The position numbers and the translations under genes are program-made. The notes under the pieces were generated by a model that saw only the letters and a list, made by a program, of their open reading frames with translations, did no database searches and had not been told where the DNA came from. Positions 10,193 through 19,956 of a stretch of 64,000 nucleotides of DNA are shown one piece after another; positions within the stretch are counted from its first letter, which is position 1, and the number at the start of each line of letters is the position of its first letter. This DNA comes from an uncultured Trueperaceae bacterium (GTDB lineage: Bacteria; Deinococcota; Deinococci; Deinococcales; Trueperaceae): the NCBI GenBank assembly GCA_963727505.1, contig CAVSGP010000010.1, positions 1-64,000 of the forward strand, written 5' to 3'.

Positions 10193-11458
10193 CTACATGC
10201 CGTGGGCCTTGTTGAGGATGGCCTGCTCCTCCTTCGCGGCCTGCGACCAGGACGTGGCCGGGTCCTGGTTCTGCAGGACCACACGGTTCACGGCGTCCAT
10301 GAACACCTGGCGCTGGGCGCTCTCGTCCACGAACTGGGTGGCGTGCGAGTAGGCCAGCGACTTGATGAACGGGCCGTACACCGGGTCCGAGGAGAGCGTG
10401 GGGTCGTCGACCAGGCTGGCGCGGGCCGGCAGCTCACCCACCGTGTTCAGCCACAGCTTCATGGCACTCTCGCTGGTGACGAACTCGAGGAACTTCGAGG
10501 CGGCCTCGAGCTTGGCCGGGTCCTTGAAGGCGTTGGGGGTGAGGCCGTTCATCCAGAACGAGCCGAAGTCCGACCGCACGCCGTTGGCCAGCGTAGGCAG
10601 CTCGGCGACGCCCCAATCGAACTTGGCAGCGGCCTTGACCGAACCGATGGCGAAGCTGCCGTCGACGATCATCGCGATGTTCCCGATCTGATCGAATCCG
10701 TCCCGGTAACCGTTGTTGCCGGGCACGAAGTTCAGCTGGGCGACCTTGTCCTTGGTCACCAGGCCGGTGTAGAACTCGAAGGCCTTCAGCCCGGCTTCGC
10801 TGTCGTAGGCGACCTTGGTGCCGTCGGCCGAGTAGGGCTGGCCGCCGTACTGACGGATCAGCACCTCGCGCAGCAGGTTGTGGCCCTGACCGTCCGGGGC
10901 GATGCCGTACCCCTCCTGGGTCATCCGCGAGCCGCTGCTCTTGGTGAGCGCCTTGGCGTCCTGGACGAGCTCGTCCCAGGTCTTGGGAGGGGACTGGATG
11001 CCGGCGGCCTTGAACATGTCCTTGTTGTAGAAGAGCGCCAGACTGCGCACGGCGGTCGGCAGGCCGTAGTACTCGCCGTTGCGCTTGGCCGCCTGCACCA
11101 TGGGGATGAATTCCTTGTCGAGCGCGGCCGTGTCGAAGTACTGACTCGGCAACGGCTTCACGTAGCCAGCGTTCATCCAGGTGTCCAGCCAGCCGTAGTA
11201 GAGCTGCACCACGTCGGCGCCCTGGCCTGCGGGCAGCGAGGCCGCGACCTGCTGCTGGTAGCCGTCGTAGGGGAACGTCTCCTGCTTGACGGTGATGTCC
11301 GGGTTGGCCTGCTCGAACTGCTTGATGAGCTCGGTCATCGCGTTCACGCGGGTGTCGTAGGCGTACTGCCAGTAGGTGATGGTGACCTTCTGGGCGAAGG
11401 CCACGCCGAGCATCGCCACCAGGGCCAGTCCGAGGATCGCTCTCTTCAAACCACTCAT
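10193..11458 (-). CDS. Carbohydrate ABC transporter substrate-binding protein
   Basis: Signal peptide; YGLP..LFYNKDMF..AGI..PPKTWDEL. Confidence 0.92.
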   Translation of the reverse strand: MSGLKRAILGLALVAMLGVAFAQKVTITYWQYAYDTRVNAMTELIKQFEQANPDITVKQETFPYDGYQQQVAASLPAGQGADVVQLYYGWLDTWMNAGYVKPLPSQYFDTAALDKEFIPMVQAAKRNGEYYGLPTAVRSLALFYNKDMFKAAGIQSPPKTWDELVQDAKALTKSSGSRMTQEGYGIAPDGQGHNLLREVLIRQYGGQPYSADGTKVAYDSEAGLKAFEFYTGLVTKDKVAQLNFVPGNNGYRDGFDQIGNIAMIVDGSFAIGSVKAAAKFDWGVAELPTLANGVRSDFGSFWMNGLTPNAFKDPAKLEAASKFLEFVTSESAMKLWLNTVGELPARASLVDDPTLSSDPVYGPFIKSLAYSHATQFVDESAQRQVFMDAVNRVVLQNQDPATSWSQAAKEEQAILNKAHGM

Positions 11459-11515
11459 ACGATCTTCCTCCTTCGATGGGCGGCCGCCCCCTGCGGGCGG
11501 ACCGATGTCGCTACG

Positions 11516-12946
11516 TCAACGGGCGCGCAGATCTTCGCGCGCGTGGGAGAGCGCTCGCCTCCTTCCGAGCAAGGCTTCGCCGTCGAGCGCGGCGCGACGG
11601 CGCGCCCGCTCGAGCTGCTCCTTCACGGCGTCCGGGGCGGGGCCTCCCCCGCCGCGGCGCCGGACGAACGCCTCGGGATCGAGCGCTGCGCGCAGCGCCT
11701 CGGGCGTGAGCTCGGGCCCGCCGAGCTCCGCCACGTCCCGTACCGTGGCCTGCGTCAACGGCCGGCCGTCGGCCTGCAGCTTCGCCACCAGCCTACCGAC
11801 CAGCGCGTGCGCCTCCGGGAAGGAGAGATGCCCCTCGCGCACCAGCTCGTCGGCCAGCTCGGTGGCGGTGGTGTCGGTAGCGGCGGCGGCGGCGCGCAGA
11901 CGCTGAACGTCGAAATCGCCGCCCTCCAGGCAGGCGAGCAGCAGCTCCACGCCACCGGCGAGCTGCACGTGCTGCATCTGCAGCGCGCCCTGCACATCCG
12001 GCCCGAAATCGTTCAGGTCGGCGTAGGGGATGTTGTGGCTCGAGTACAGCACCATCTGCGCGGCGCCCAGCGCCCGGCTGAAGCGCGTTCTGGCATGCTC
12101 CAACGCCACCGGGTTGCGCTTCTGCGGCATGATCGAGCTGCCCTGCACCAGCCCCTCGTCCAGCCGGTACCAGCCGGCCGCCGCCCACGACAGCAGGTCG
12201 CACACGAAGCGGCTGAGGTTCAAAGCGACGCTCTGCGCCACGCTCACCACCTCCGCCTCCCAATCCGAGGAAGCGACCGCGTCGTAGGTGTTCTCCACCG
12301 GCCCTTCGAAGCCGAGCAGCGCAGCCGTGAGCTCCCGGTCCAGCGGATGGCTGCTGCCCGCCAGCGCCGCGGCGCCCAACGGGCAGCGGTTCAAGCGCCC
12401 GTACGCGCCCAGCAGGCGCTCGCTGTCGCGCGACAGCAGCGCCTCCACCGCCGCCAGGTAGTGCGCCACCGTGGTCGGCTGGCCCGGCTGGTGATGCGTC
12501 TGAGCGATCAGCACCGTCTCCAGGTGCGCGTCCGCCTTGGCGAGCACCGCGCGCCGCAGCGTCAGCAGCTGCTCGCCGGTGGCCAGCAGCAGCTCGCGCG
12601 CGCGCATCCGGTACACCGTCATGTCCAGATCGTTGCGGCTCAGGCCGATGCGCACCCAGCTCACCGCGTGCGCGCCCAGCGCCTGCTCCAGCTCGCTCTG
12701 GATGGCGAAGTAGGCGTCCGGCACGTCCGGCCCCTGCGCCGGCAGGGGGGTCGTCTCGAGCCCCTCCAACGCCCGGTGCAGAGCCTGGATCTCGCGCTGC
12801 GCCTCGGGCCCCTGCGCCACCGGCAACCGCGCCACCGCCTGCAGATGCGCGCACAACGCACGCACGAAGTGCGGCAGCAGATGCCGCGACGCGAACAGAT
12901 AATCCGGCTCCAGGACCCTACCGCGATAACTCGGATGCCAGGGCAT
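11516..12946 (-). CDS. Argininosuccinate-lyase-like enzyme (fumarase/aspartase superfamily), probably a catabolic paralogue
   Basis: SRND, THHQPGQP, PLGAAALAG, signature GSSIMPQKRNP; embedded in a sugar ABC operon. Confidence 0.85.
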   Translation of the reverse strand: MPWHPSYRGRVLEPDYLFASRHLLPHFVRALCAHLQAVARLPVAQGPEAQREIQALHRALEGLETTPLPAQGPDVPDAYFAIQSELEQALGAHAVSWVRIGLSRNDLDMTVYRMRARELLLATGEQLLTLRRAVLAKADAHLETVLIAQTHHQPGQPTTVAHYLAAVEALLSRDSERLLGAYGRLNRCPLGAAALAGSSHPLDRELTAALLGFEGPVENTYDAVASSDWEAEVVSVAQSVALNLSRFVCDLLSWAAAGWYRLDEGLVQGSSIMPQKRNPVALEHARTRFSRALGAAQMVLYSSHNIPYADLNDFGPDVQGALQMQHVQLAGGVELLLACLEGGDFDVQRLRAAAAATDTTATELADELVREGHLSFPEAHALVGRLVAKLQADGRPLTQATVRDVAELGGPELTPEALRAALDPEAFVRRRGGGGPAPDAVKEQLERARRRAALDGEALLGRRRALSHAREDLRAR

Positions 12947-13030
12947 ACGCTCCCCCCTCGGTGAGCTGGGCCGGGTGCTGGCCCGTGAACTGGGCAGGGC
13001 GCGCGCCCGGGCGGCCCGTCCGAACGTCGC

Positions 13031-13993
13031 TCACGAGCCCCCGCCCCCCACCGCCGCGGCGTCGCCGTCGAGGTGGAGTAGGCGCGCGGCGTTGCCGCCG
13101 AAGATGAGCCGGACGGCGTCGTCGGGCACGTTCAGGGTGTAGCAGGCGCGGAGCTGGTCGAGCAGATAGCGCTCGGAGAAGCCCCGCGGGAAGCTGCTGG
13201 AATCGCTGCCGAACACGATGCGCTCGGGCCCCACCGTCTCCAGCGCCTTGCGGTAGAGGTCCTCCAGGGTGAGCGGATAGGGCATCCACCGCATCCACTG
13301 GTTGGAGCCGGAGGTGTCGATGTAGATGTTGGGAAGACTCCAGCACAGCGCCAGCAGCTCACGGAAGTACCCCGCTCCGAAGTGCGGGATCACGAAGGGG
13401 ATCTCGGGGAAGTCGCGGGCCACCTCGAACAGCGACAGCGGGTCGATGCGCGGATGCTTGACCACGCCCCCGCCGCGCCCCAGGAAGCCGAAGTGGATGA
13501 GCGCCGGCAGCCGCCGCTCGGCCAGGAACTCCCACACGCCCCGCAGCTCGGGGGCCTCGAACGGGTAGTCGGTGAGGGGGCCGAGCAGCTTGTAGCCGCG
13601 CAGGCCCAGAACGTCGACGGCACGCCGCAGCTCGGCGTCCGCTCCGGGCTCGAGCCGGTGGTGCGCCAGCCCCAGGAAGCGCTCGGGGTGGCGCCGCACG
13701 ATGCCCGCCAGCCGATCGTTGGTGCCGGCGCTGACGAACACCACCCGCCGGAGCCGGTGACCATCGACCTCGCCGATCCAGCGCTCGAGCGCCGCCTCGA
13801 TCTCGTCGTCGGTCCGCGCCGGCGGCTCGGCCGGCTCGGTGTTCCACTCGCGCGCCATGCGCTCGCCACGCTCGCGCGCATAGGCCTGCAGCTCGGGGTG
13901 CGGCGGCGGCCGCTTGGCCTCGGGCGTGCCCATGGTGTTCTCCACCGGGAAGTGGACGTGGAAGTCGATGACCCCTAGGTCGTGGTAGCTCAT
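13031..13993 (-). CDS. Amidohydrolase_2 family metallo-hydrolase
   Basis: IDFHVH, IHFG, IPHFG, YIDTS, IVFGSD. Confidence 0.88.
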   Translation of the reverse strand: MSYHDLGVIDFHVHFPVENTMGTPEAKRPPPHPELQAYARERGERMAREWNTEPAEPPARTDDEIEAALERWIGEVDGHRLRRVVFVSAGTNDRLAGIVRRHPERFLGLAHHRLEPGADAELRRAVDVLGLRGYKLLGPLTDYPFEAPELRGVWEFLAERRLPALIHFGFLGRGGGVVKHPRIDPLSLFEVARDFPEIPFVIPHFGAGYFRELLALCWSLPNIYIDTSGSNQWMRWMPYPLTLEDLYRKALETVGPERIVFGSDSSSFPRGFSERYLLDQLRACYTLNVPDDAVRLIFGGNAARLLHLDGDAAAVGGGGS

Positions 13994-14114
13994 GCCCCTT
14001 CCGCCCCTCCGAACCGGCGACGCTACCCCGTGCCCGACGCGGGCGACAATACCTCTGCGCGCGAGCGTGGCCGGCGCGGGGAGTCGTATGTCGCCCCGGC
14101 GCGAGGATGCCAGG

Positions 14115-14160
14115 GTGAACCGGTTGCATCAAGGCTAGGCCGGGCTTCCCGGCCCGTCAA
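14115..14160 (-). promoter_or_regulatory. sigma70 promoter plus LacI-type operator for the amidohydrolase/ArgH-like/ABC operon
   Basis: TTGACG (14160-14155), 17 nt, TAGCCT (14137-14132), then TGCAACCGGTTCAC (14128-14115) around +1. Confidence 0.7.
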
Positions 14161-14230
14161 GGGGCGACGGCACGGGGCGGGGACTCACACGGCCCCACAC
14201 GGCCGGGTTCCGGCACGCCGGAGCGGGACC

Positions 14231-15592
14231 TCAGCGCCAGGGGAAGCCGGTGCGGCGCCAGCCGGTGCGCATCTCGCGCAACAGGTCGCGGGTGCGCCAG
14301 GCCTCCGCCTCCTGGACCGGTCGCAACAGCCGCCATGCCTGGCTGCGCCCCAGTCCGGAGATCAGGAACAGCGAGTGGTAGCCCGTCCAGGTCATCCCGA
14401 ACAGGTGCAGCGGGGCGGTCTGCAGCAGCGTCAGCAGCGGGCCGGAGAGGACGCCGCCGATGAAGCCCGCCAACCCTGCCACCAGCGAGTACATGGCGAT
14501 GAAGGCCACCCGACCTTCGCGCGGCGCCGACACCAGCGCCAGGTTGAACAGGGCCGGCGTGGCGGCGCCCCACGCCAGGGCGTCGCAGAAGCCGGCGATC
14601 CAGATCCAGTAGACGTGGCCGGTGAAGCCCGCCAGGATCCAGGTGGCCGGCAGCAGGGTCCCCGCCAGGAAGGCGCCGAGCGCCAGCACCGACTTGTTGC
14701 CCACGCGGTCGGCCACCCGCCCCCACAGACTGCTGGTGAGCAGCGCCGTGACCGCGGCGATGCCGCTCCAGATGGCGATCTCCGTGAAGCTGAGCTTGAG
14801 CTGCTCCAGGAAGTACGGGATCACGAAGGGCGCGGCCAGGAGCACCACGAACTGCCAGTAGGCGGCGAAGACCAGGAAGCGCCGGAAGTTGGCGTCGCGT
14901 AGCGGCGTGACCAGCACGTCGCGCAGGGCAGCCCGGCGGCGCGGGCTGGGCGGGTCGTACTGCCGGAAGTACAGCGCGACGCCCACACCGGCGCTCAACA
15001 TCGCCACCACGATCACCACCTGGAAACCGATCGGGGCGGCCACGCGGTCGAGGAACCAGCCGGCGGCGAGGTTCGCCAGCATGCCCACCACACCCACCAC
15101 GCCGGCCCGGAAGCCGAAGTAGCGGCCGCGCTGCTTCTCCGGCACCACGTCGCCCATCCAGGCGCTCCAGAGCGTGCCGTTCGACGCCTGGAAGACCGCG
15201 GACACCAGCACCAGCAGCACCATCAGGCCGGGAAGCTCGGCGGCGGGAAGGCCCAGGCTCGGGAGCAGCGCGGCGAGCACCCAGATGCCGCGGCCGAGGA
15301 CCGCCACGAGCGCCGTCAGCAGGCGCCGGCGCCCCAGCAGGTCGGCCGCCAGAGCGGCCAGCGGGCTGGCGGCCTGGGCCAGGAGCGGCACGCTCGAGAC
15401 CAGGGCGATCTCGGTGGCGCCCGCGCCGAGGTGGAGCATGAACCCGATCAGCACGGCGCCCGAGGTCCAGTTGAGGAAGACCTGGGTGGCGCTCCCCTCC
15501 AGCACCGACACGCGCATGGTGCGGCGCACCAGCTCGGAGACCGAGGGGAAGGACCTGAACGGGCGGGGGTGGGGGATGGGGGTCGCTTGCAT
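14231..15592 (-). CDS. MFS transporter
   Basis: About 12 hydrophobic segments; WGRVADRVGNK motif. Confidence 0.85.
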   Translation of the reverse strand: MQATPIPHPRPFRSFPSVSELVRRTMRVSVLEGSATQVFLNWTSGAVLIGFMLHLGAGATEIALVSSVPLLAQAASPLAALAADLLGRRRLLTALVAVLGRGIWVLAALLPSLGLPAAELPGLMVLLVLVSAVFQASNGTLWSAWMGDVVPEKQRGRYFGFRAGVVGVVGMLANLAAGWFLDRVAAPIGFQVVIVVAMLSAGVGVALYFRQYDPPSPRRRAALRDVLVTPLRDANFRRFLVFAAYWQFVVLLAAPFVIPYFLEQLKLSFTEIAIWSGIAAVTALLTSSLWGRVADRVGNKSVLALGAFLAGTLLPATWILAGFTGHVYWIWIAGFCDALAWGAATPALFNLALVSAPREGRVAFIAMYSLVAGLAGFIGGVLSGPLLTLLQTAPLHLFGMTWTGYHSLFLISGLGRSQAWRLLRPVQEAEAWRTRDLLREMRTGWRRTGFPWR

Positions 15593-15787
15593 GGCTGGGG
15601 GCGTGCGTGCTGCGGGGCTCGGCGCGGCGGCGCCCCGGCCGCGATCGGCGCCCCCCGATGTCGGCCGGGGCGCCTCGGGCGAACGTCAGTGTACGGCACC
15701 GGACAACGCGTTCGCGAGGGTCCTGGGCACCGGCGGCCGGACGCCGACGGGTAGACTGCGTCGTCGCGTCTTCCTGGCACAGGCGCG

Positions 15788-15813
15788 GCATCCGTTTCGG
15801 CGGCCGCCGCGTA
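15788..15813 (+). promoter_or_regulatory. Putative autoregulatory ECF promoter
   Basis: GCATCC-N16-CGTA directly upstream of the ECF sigma gene; same motif at 30871-30896. Confidence 0.6.
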
Positions 15814-15824
15814 GGAGAGGGTAG

Positions 15825-16387
15825 GTGTACGACACGGTGGAACAGACACCGAGCGACGCCGAGCTGGTCGCGCGGGTCGCGCGGGGCGAGGAAGACGCCC
15901 TGCAAGCGCTGTACCGGCGCCACGGTGGAGCGGTCACCGCGCTCGCGCACCGCATGCTGGGGGACCGACAGGAGGCGGAGGAGATCCTTCAAGACACCTT
16001 TCTCCGGCTCCACCGTCACGCTGCCAGCTTCGACCACCGGCGCGCGGCGCTCCGGACCTACCTCTTCGCGATCGCCCGGAACCTGTGCCTGTCGCGTCTG
16101 CGGGCCCGCTCGAGCCGTCCCCGCAAGGCGGCCGAGGCCGACCCGCACGACGTCGCCTTCCAGGCGGCGGTGGGCTCGTACGACGACCCGCTGCCCGGCA
16201 TCGTGGTCCGTGGCGCGCTGGCGCGGCTGGAGAGCGACGAGCGGTCATGCTGGAAGCGGCCTTCTACCAGGGCTTCAGCCACAGCGAGTTGGCGGAGCTG
16301 ACCGACCTGCCACTGGGCACCGTGAAGAGCCGCCTGCGCCGCGCACTCGCCAGACTCCGCACGATGCTGGAAGGGGGCGCCGCGTGA
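15825..16387 (+). CDS. ECF sigma factor (SigK-like), one frameshift near 16245
   Basis: Region 2 AEEILQDTF..YLFAIARN in one frame; region 4 SHSELAELTDLPLGTVKSRLRRAL in the next. Confidence 0.88.
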
Positions 16388-17120
16388 ACGCCGAGCCGAC
16401 GCTCCGCGAGCTGCTGCCCGACTACCTGCTCGGGTTGCTGGCGCCGGAGGAGGCCACCCGGGTGGGCGAGGCACTGGCACGCTCGACGGAGCTGCGTGCC
16501 GAGGCCGACGCCCTGAGGGCCGCCCTGTTCGCACTGCCCGGAAGCGCTCGAGCCCGAAGCCCCGGCTCCCGGCTCCTGGGAGACGCTGCTGGCACGCGTC
16601 CGTGGCGAGCGCTCCGAGCCGCCGCGGGAGCCCGCGCCCAGCGCGCCGCCTGCGGCGCGCAGGCGGCGCCGGCGCCGGTCCCCGGCCGCCCTGGGGGCCC
16701 GCCGCACGCCCGGCGCCCCGTCCTGGCCGTGGCGCTCGCCATCGCCCTGACGCTGCTCGTCGGCACCGCGGGCTGGGGCGCCCTGCAGCAGCGCCGCGCC
16801 GACCTCGCCGCGCACGAGGAAGCGGTGATCGCCTACTGGATGCGCATCCCCGAGTTCAAGATCGTGCCGCTCGAGGCCGTGCGGGGCGGCCACCCCGGCG
16901 TGGCCTGCGTGCTCCCCGACGGGCGCGCCATGGTGCTCCAGCCCCACGCTCCCGGCGCGGGTCGTTCCTACGTGCTGTACGGGTTGACCGGCACCGGCCG
17001 GGTCGAGCTGGGCCGGACCCGCGGCCGCCTCCTGCTGTTCCGCGCCGACGGCCTGAAGGGCGTCGAGCTGGCCGTCGGCGGTCCGTCCGGCGGGGTGGTC
17101 GCCCGGGCCGGGTTGAACCA
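16384..17120 (+). CDS. Anti-sigma factor (RskA-like); internal indels, end approximate
   Basis: GTGA overlap with the sigma gene; ELLPDYLLGLL..EE anti-sigma domain; single TM helix; extracytoplasmic C-terminus. Confidence 0.7.
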
Positions 17121-17154
17121 GCGGCGGTCCGCGCGGCCCGCACCCCGGTCCGAG

Positions 17155-18465
17155 CTAGGAGGCCACGCCGCACCACGCCAGCGTCGCGCGGGCCAGCACC
17201 TTGGTGACGTCGCGCACGCTGGGGAGATCGACCCACTCGTCGGGCGCGTGCAGGTTGGCGCCGACGGGACCGTAGCAGGTCGCGGGGATGCCGTGGTGGT
17301 GCGCGAAGAAGCGCACGTCGGTGGTGGCGGTGCTGACGTAGGGCAGGGCGTCGTCGCCCATCACCACGCGGTGGGCGCTGCGCAGCCCCTCGAACAGCGG
17401 CGTCGTGGTGTCGATCAGACAACCCTCGGCCTTGAAGCCGTAGAACTCGATCTCCGGCGGATGCTCGGCCAGCCAGGGGTCCTGGGCCGCGAACGCCAGC
17501 AGGTCCCGCCGGAAGTTGGCCTGCGCCGCATCCAGGTCCGCTCCCGGGTAGGCCGAGAAGCGCACCTCCAGGACGCACTCCGAAGGCACCGAGGAGGGCC
17601 AGTCGCCGCCGCGCACCACGCCCACGTTGTAGTTGAGCGGGTGCGCCACCTCGCGGTAGGCCGGGTGGCGGGCGCCGGGCTCGTTGGCCGCGGCCTCCAG
17701 CGCCCGGATCCCCTGCATCAGGAAGGCGGCCTTGTCGTTGGCGTTGACCGCCCGGTCCGCGCCCAGCACGTGCGCGCCCGCGCCCAGCACGGTGATGCGC
17801 GCCCACAGCACCCCGATCTGGGCGGTGAGCAGCGTCTGGTTGAAGGGCTCGGGGATGATCGCGGCGTCGGCACGCCCGCCGGCGGCGAGGTCGGTCACGG
17901 CCGCCAGGCTACCGTTGCCGGTGCACTCCTCCTCGATCACGGTCTGCAGCAGCACGTCCCCGGCCAGCGCCACGCCGGCGCGGCGGATGGCGGCGACGGC
18001 GTAGAGCATGGCGGCGATACCGGCCTTCATGTCGGCCGCGCCCCGCCCGTACATCCGCTCCCCGACGATCTCGGCACCCCACGGGTCGACTCTCACAGCC
18101 GCTCGGGGGTGGCCGGCACCACGTCGATGTGGCCGTTGAGCACCAGTGAGCGTCCGCCCCTGCGCTCGCCGGCGCGCTCGCCGGTGTGTCCGGCGAGTCG
18201 GGCGGCCACGTTGGGCCGGTCGCGGTAGGCCCAGTCGGCGGGCGAGTAGCCCGGGAGCCGGGCGATGGCGGCGTGGTCGACGTCCTTCGCGGTGGCCTCC
18301 AGGCCCACGGCGCGGAGCTCCTCGATCACCCGCTCCTGCGCGGGCGCTGTCACCCAGCGTGCTGGGCCGTCGCACCAGCTCCCCGAGGAAGGCGACCTCG
18401 GCGTCCCAGGCGCGGTCGACCTGCCGCTCGACCTCCCCCCACGCGTCGTCGAGCACGGCGCTCAT
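17155..18465 (-). CDS. ArgE/DapE family (M20) deacylase; two compensating frameshifts (~18350, ~18095)
   Basis: GRSLVLNGHIDVVP in a shifted frame; GRGAADMKAG, EEECTGNG, H.PDEWV. Confidence 0.85.
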   Translation of the reverse strand: MSAVLDDAWGEVERQVDRAWDAEVAFLGELVRRPSTLGDSARAGAGDRGAPRRGPGGHREGRRPRRHRPAPGLLARRLGLPRPAQRGRPTRRTHRRARRRAQGRTLTGAQRPHRRGAGHPRAAVRVDPWGAEIVGERMYGRGAADMKAGIAAMLYAVAAIRRAGVALAGDVLLQTVIEEECTGNGSLAAVTDLAAGGRADAAIIPEPFNQTLLTAQIGVLWARITVLGAGAHVLGADRAVNANDKAAFLMQGIRALEAAANEPGARHPAYREVAHPLNYNVGVVRGGDWPSSVPSECVLEVRFSAYPGADLDAAQANFRRDLLAFAAQDPWLAEHPPEIEFYGFKAEGCLIDTTTPLFEGLRSAHRVVMGDDALPYVSTATTDVRFFAHHHGIPATCYGPVGANLHAPDEWVDLPSVRDVTKVLARATLAWCGVAS

Positions 18466-19205
18466 GCCCGTCCTCCCGGCGTCGTGCGGCCCTCGTCCCG
18501 CGCCGCCCGTTCCATCGCCTCTTCCATCGCTCGTTCCATCGCCTGTTCCATCGCGTCCTCCATGACCGCCACCGGCCCCCGCGTCACGACCCGGACCGGG
18601 GTGGCGGCCCTCACGTCCTCGACCGACACCTCGCGAGCGCGTTCCCTGAGCCGTAGGCCGTCGTCGGTGACCTCGAACAGCCCCAGCTCGGTCACGATCA
18701 GGCCGGCGGCGCGCGGCGCCGTCAGGGGGAGATCGCAGCGCTCCACGATCTTGGGCTCGCCCGAGCGGGTGCGGTGGCGCGTCAGCACGATGGTGCGGCG
18801 CGCCTTGGCCGCCAGCTCCATGCTGCCGCCCATGCCGGGGCTGGGGCCGCCCGGCGCCTTCCAGCTCGCGATGTCGCCGCGGCCGCTCACCTGCATGGTG
18901 CCGAGCACCGCCGTGCCGAGGCGCCCGCTGCGCACCAGCGCGAAGGCCAGGGCGCTGTCGAAGACGGCGGTCTCCGGTGCGCGCGAGATCGGTTCGCCGC
19001 CGGCGTTGATGAGGTCGACGTCCACCTCGCCTGCGGGAGGGCGCGGTCCGATGCCGGCGATGCCGTCCTCGGCGAACAGCACCACCCGCCGCCCCGGCGG
19101 GATGTGGTTGCCGACCAGGGTGGGCAGCCCGATGCCGAGGGCGACCAGCTCGCCGTCCTCGAGCAGCAACGCCGCGCGCCGCGCGATCAGCTGACGTGGG
19201 TCCAC
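18462..19205 (-). CDS. 3-oxoacid CoA-transferase subunit B
   Basis: IARRAA..LGIGLPTLV, AEDG catalytic Glu, GMGGSMEL; RBS GAGGAGG. Confidence 0.88.
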   Translation of the reverse strand: MDPRQLIARRAALLLEDGELVALGIGLPTLVGNHIPPGRRVVLFAEDGIAGIGPRPPAGEVDVDLINAGGEPISRAPETAVFDSALAFALVRSGRLGTAVLGTMQVSGRGDIASWKAPGGPSPGMGGSMELAAKARRTIVLTRHRTRSGEPKIVERCDLPLTAPRAAGLIVTELGLFEVTDDGLRLRERAREVSVEDVRAATPVRVVTRGPVAVMEDAMEQAMERAMEEAMERAARDEGRTTPGGRA

Positions 19206-19236
19206 GACGGAGCCTCCTCTCCGGTACGCGCCCGGC

Positions 19237-19953
19237 TCATGTCTTGGGCGCCGGGATGCCGGCCGGGACCGGGCTCCCCGGCACCAGGTAGTCGACGAAC
19301 GCCCCCGGGATGTGGACGGCGTCGGGGTCGAGCTCTCCCGCCGGCACCAACGTGCGCACCTCGGCGACGACCACGTCCGCCGCCATCGCCACCAGCGGGT
19401 TGAAGTTGCGGGCCGTGCCGCGGAACACGAGGTTGCCGTAGGCGTCGCCGACGTCGGCCAGCACGATGCCCAGCGGCGCGCGCAGAGCGGGCTCGAGCAG
19501 GTAGGCACGGCCGTCGACCTCGACGAGGCGCTTGCCCTGTTCGACCTCGGTCCCCAGACCCACGTCCACCAGCACGCCCCCCAGGCCCGCGCCGCCGGCG
19601 CGGATACGTTCGGCCAGCGTGCCCTGCGGCACGAAGGTCACGTGCAGACGGCCCTCGTTCATCTGCTCGATGGCGATCGGGTTGGAGCCGATGTGCGACA
19701 CCACGGCACGCTCCACCTGCCCGGCGCGGATCAGCTTGCCCACGCCGTGGGAGGGGTAGCCGGCGTCGTTGCCGATGATGCTCAGCCGCCCGAAGCCGGC
19801 GGCCACCAGGGCGTCGACGAGCAGCGGCGGCGTACCGATGCTGCCGAAGCCCCCGAACAGGAAGGTGGCGCCGTCGGAGAACAGCGCCATGGCGGCCTCG
19901 GCGTCGATGACCTTGCCGTAGCTCCCGCTCCCCTGCAGCTTCGCGCCGTTCAT
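19237..19953 (-). CDS. 3-oxoacid CoA-transferase subunit A
   Basis: GGFG, PQGTLAERIRAGGAG, ARNFNP, VHIPGAFVD. Confidence 0.9.
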   Translation of the reverse strand: MNGAKLQGSGSYGKVIDAEAAMALFSDGATFLFGGFGSIGTPPLLVDALVAAGFGRLSIIGNDAGYPSHGVGKLIRAGQVERAVVSHIGSNPIAIEQMNEGRLHVTFVPQGTLAERIRAGGAGLGGVLVDVGLGTEVEQGKRLVEVDGRAYLLEPALRAPLGIVLADVGDAYGNLVFRGTARNFNPLVAMAADVVVAEVRTLVPAGELDPDAVHIPGAFVDYLVPGSPVPAGIPAPKT

Positions 19954-19956
19954 GCG

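Noticed and set aside
11516..12946. Canonical arginine-biosynthetic argH
   Set aside because: Divergent N-terminus, no arg genes nearby, and a sugar-transport context with a LacI-type operator; symbol withheld
10202..12964. Long antisense and alternate-frame ORFs (also 50762-52762, 58714-61041, 22402-24093 and others)
   Set aside because: Shadow ORFs expected from high GC3 codon bias opposite well-supported genes; no recognisable motifs
15607..18228. 873-aa protein
   Set aside because: A chance join of anti-sigma fragments and ArgE antisense sequence caused by indels
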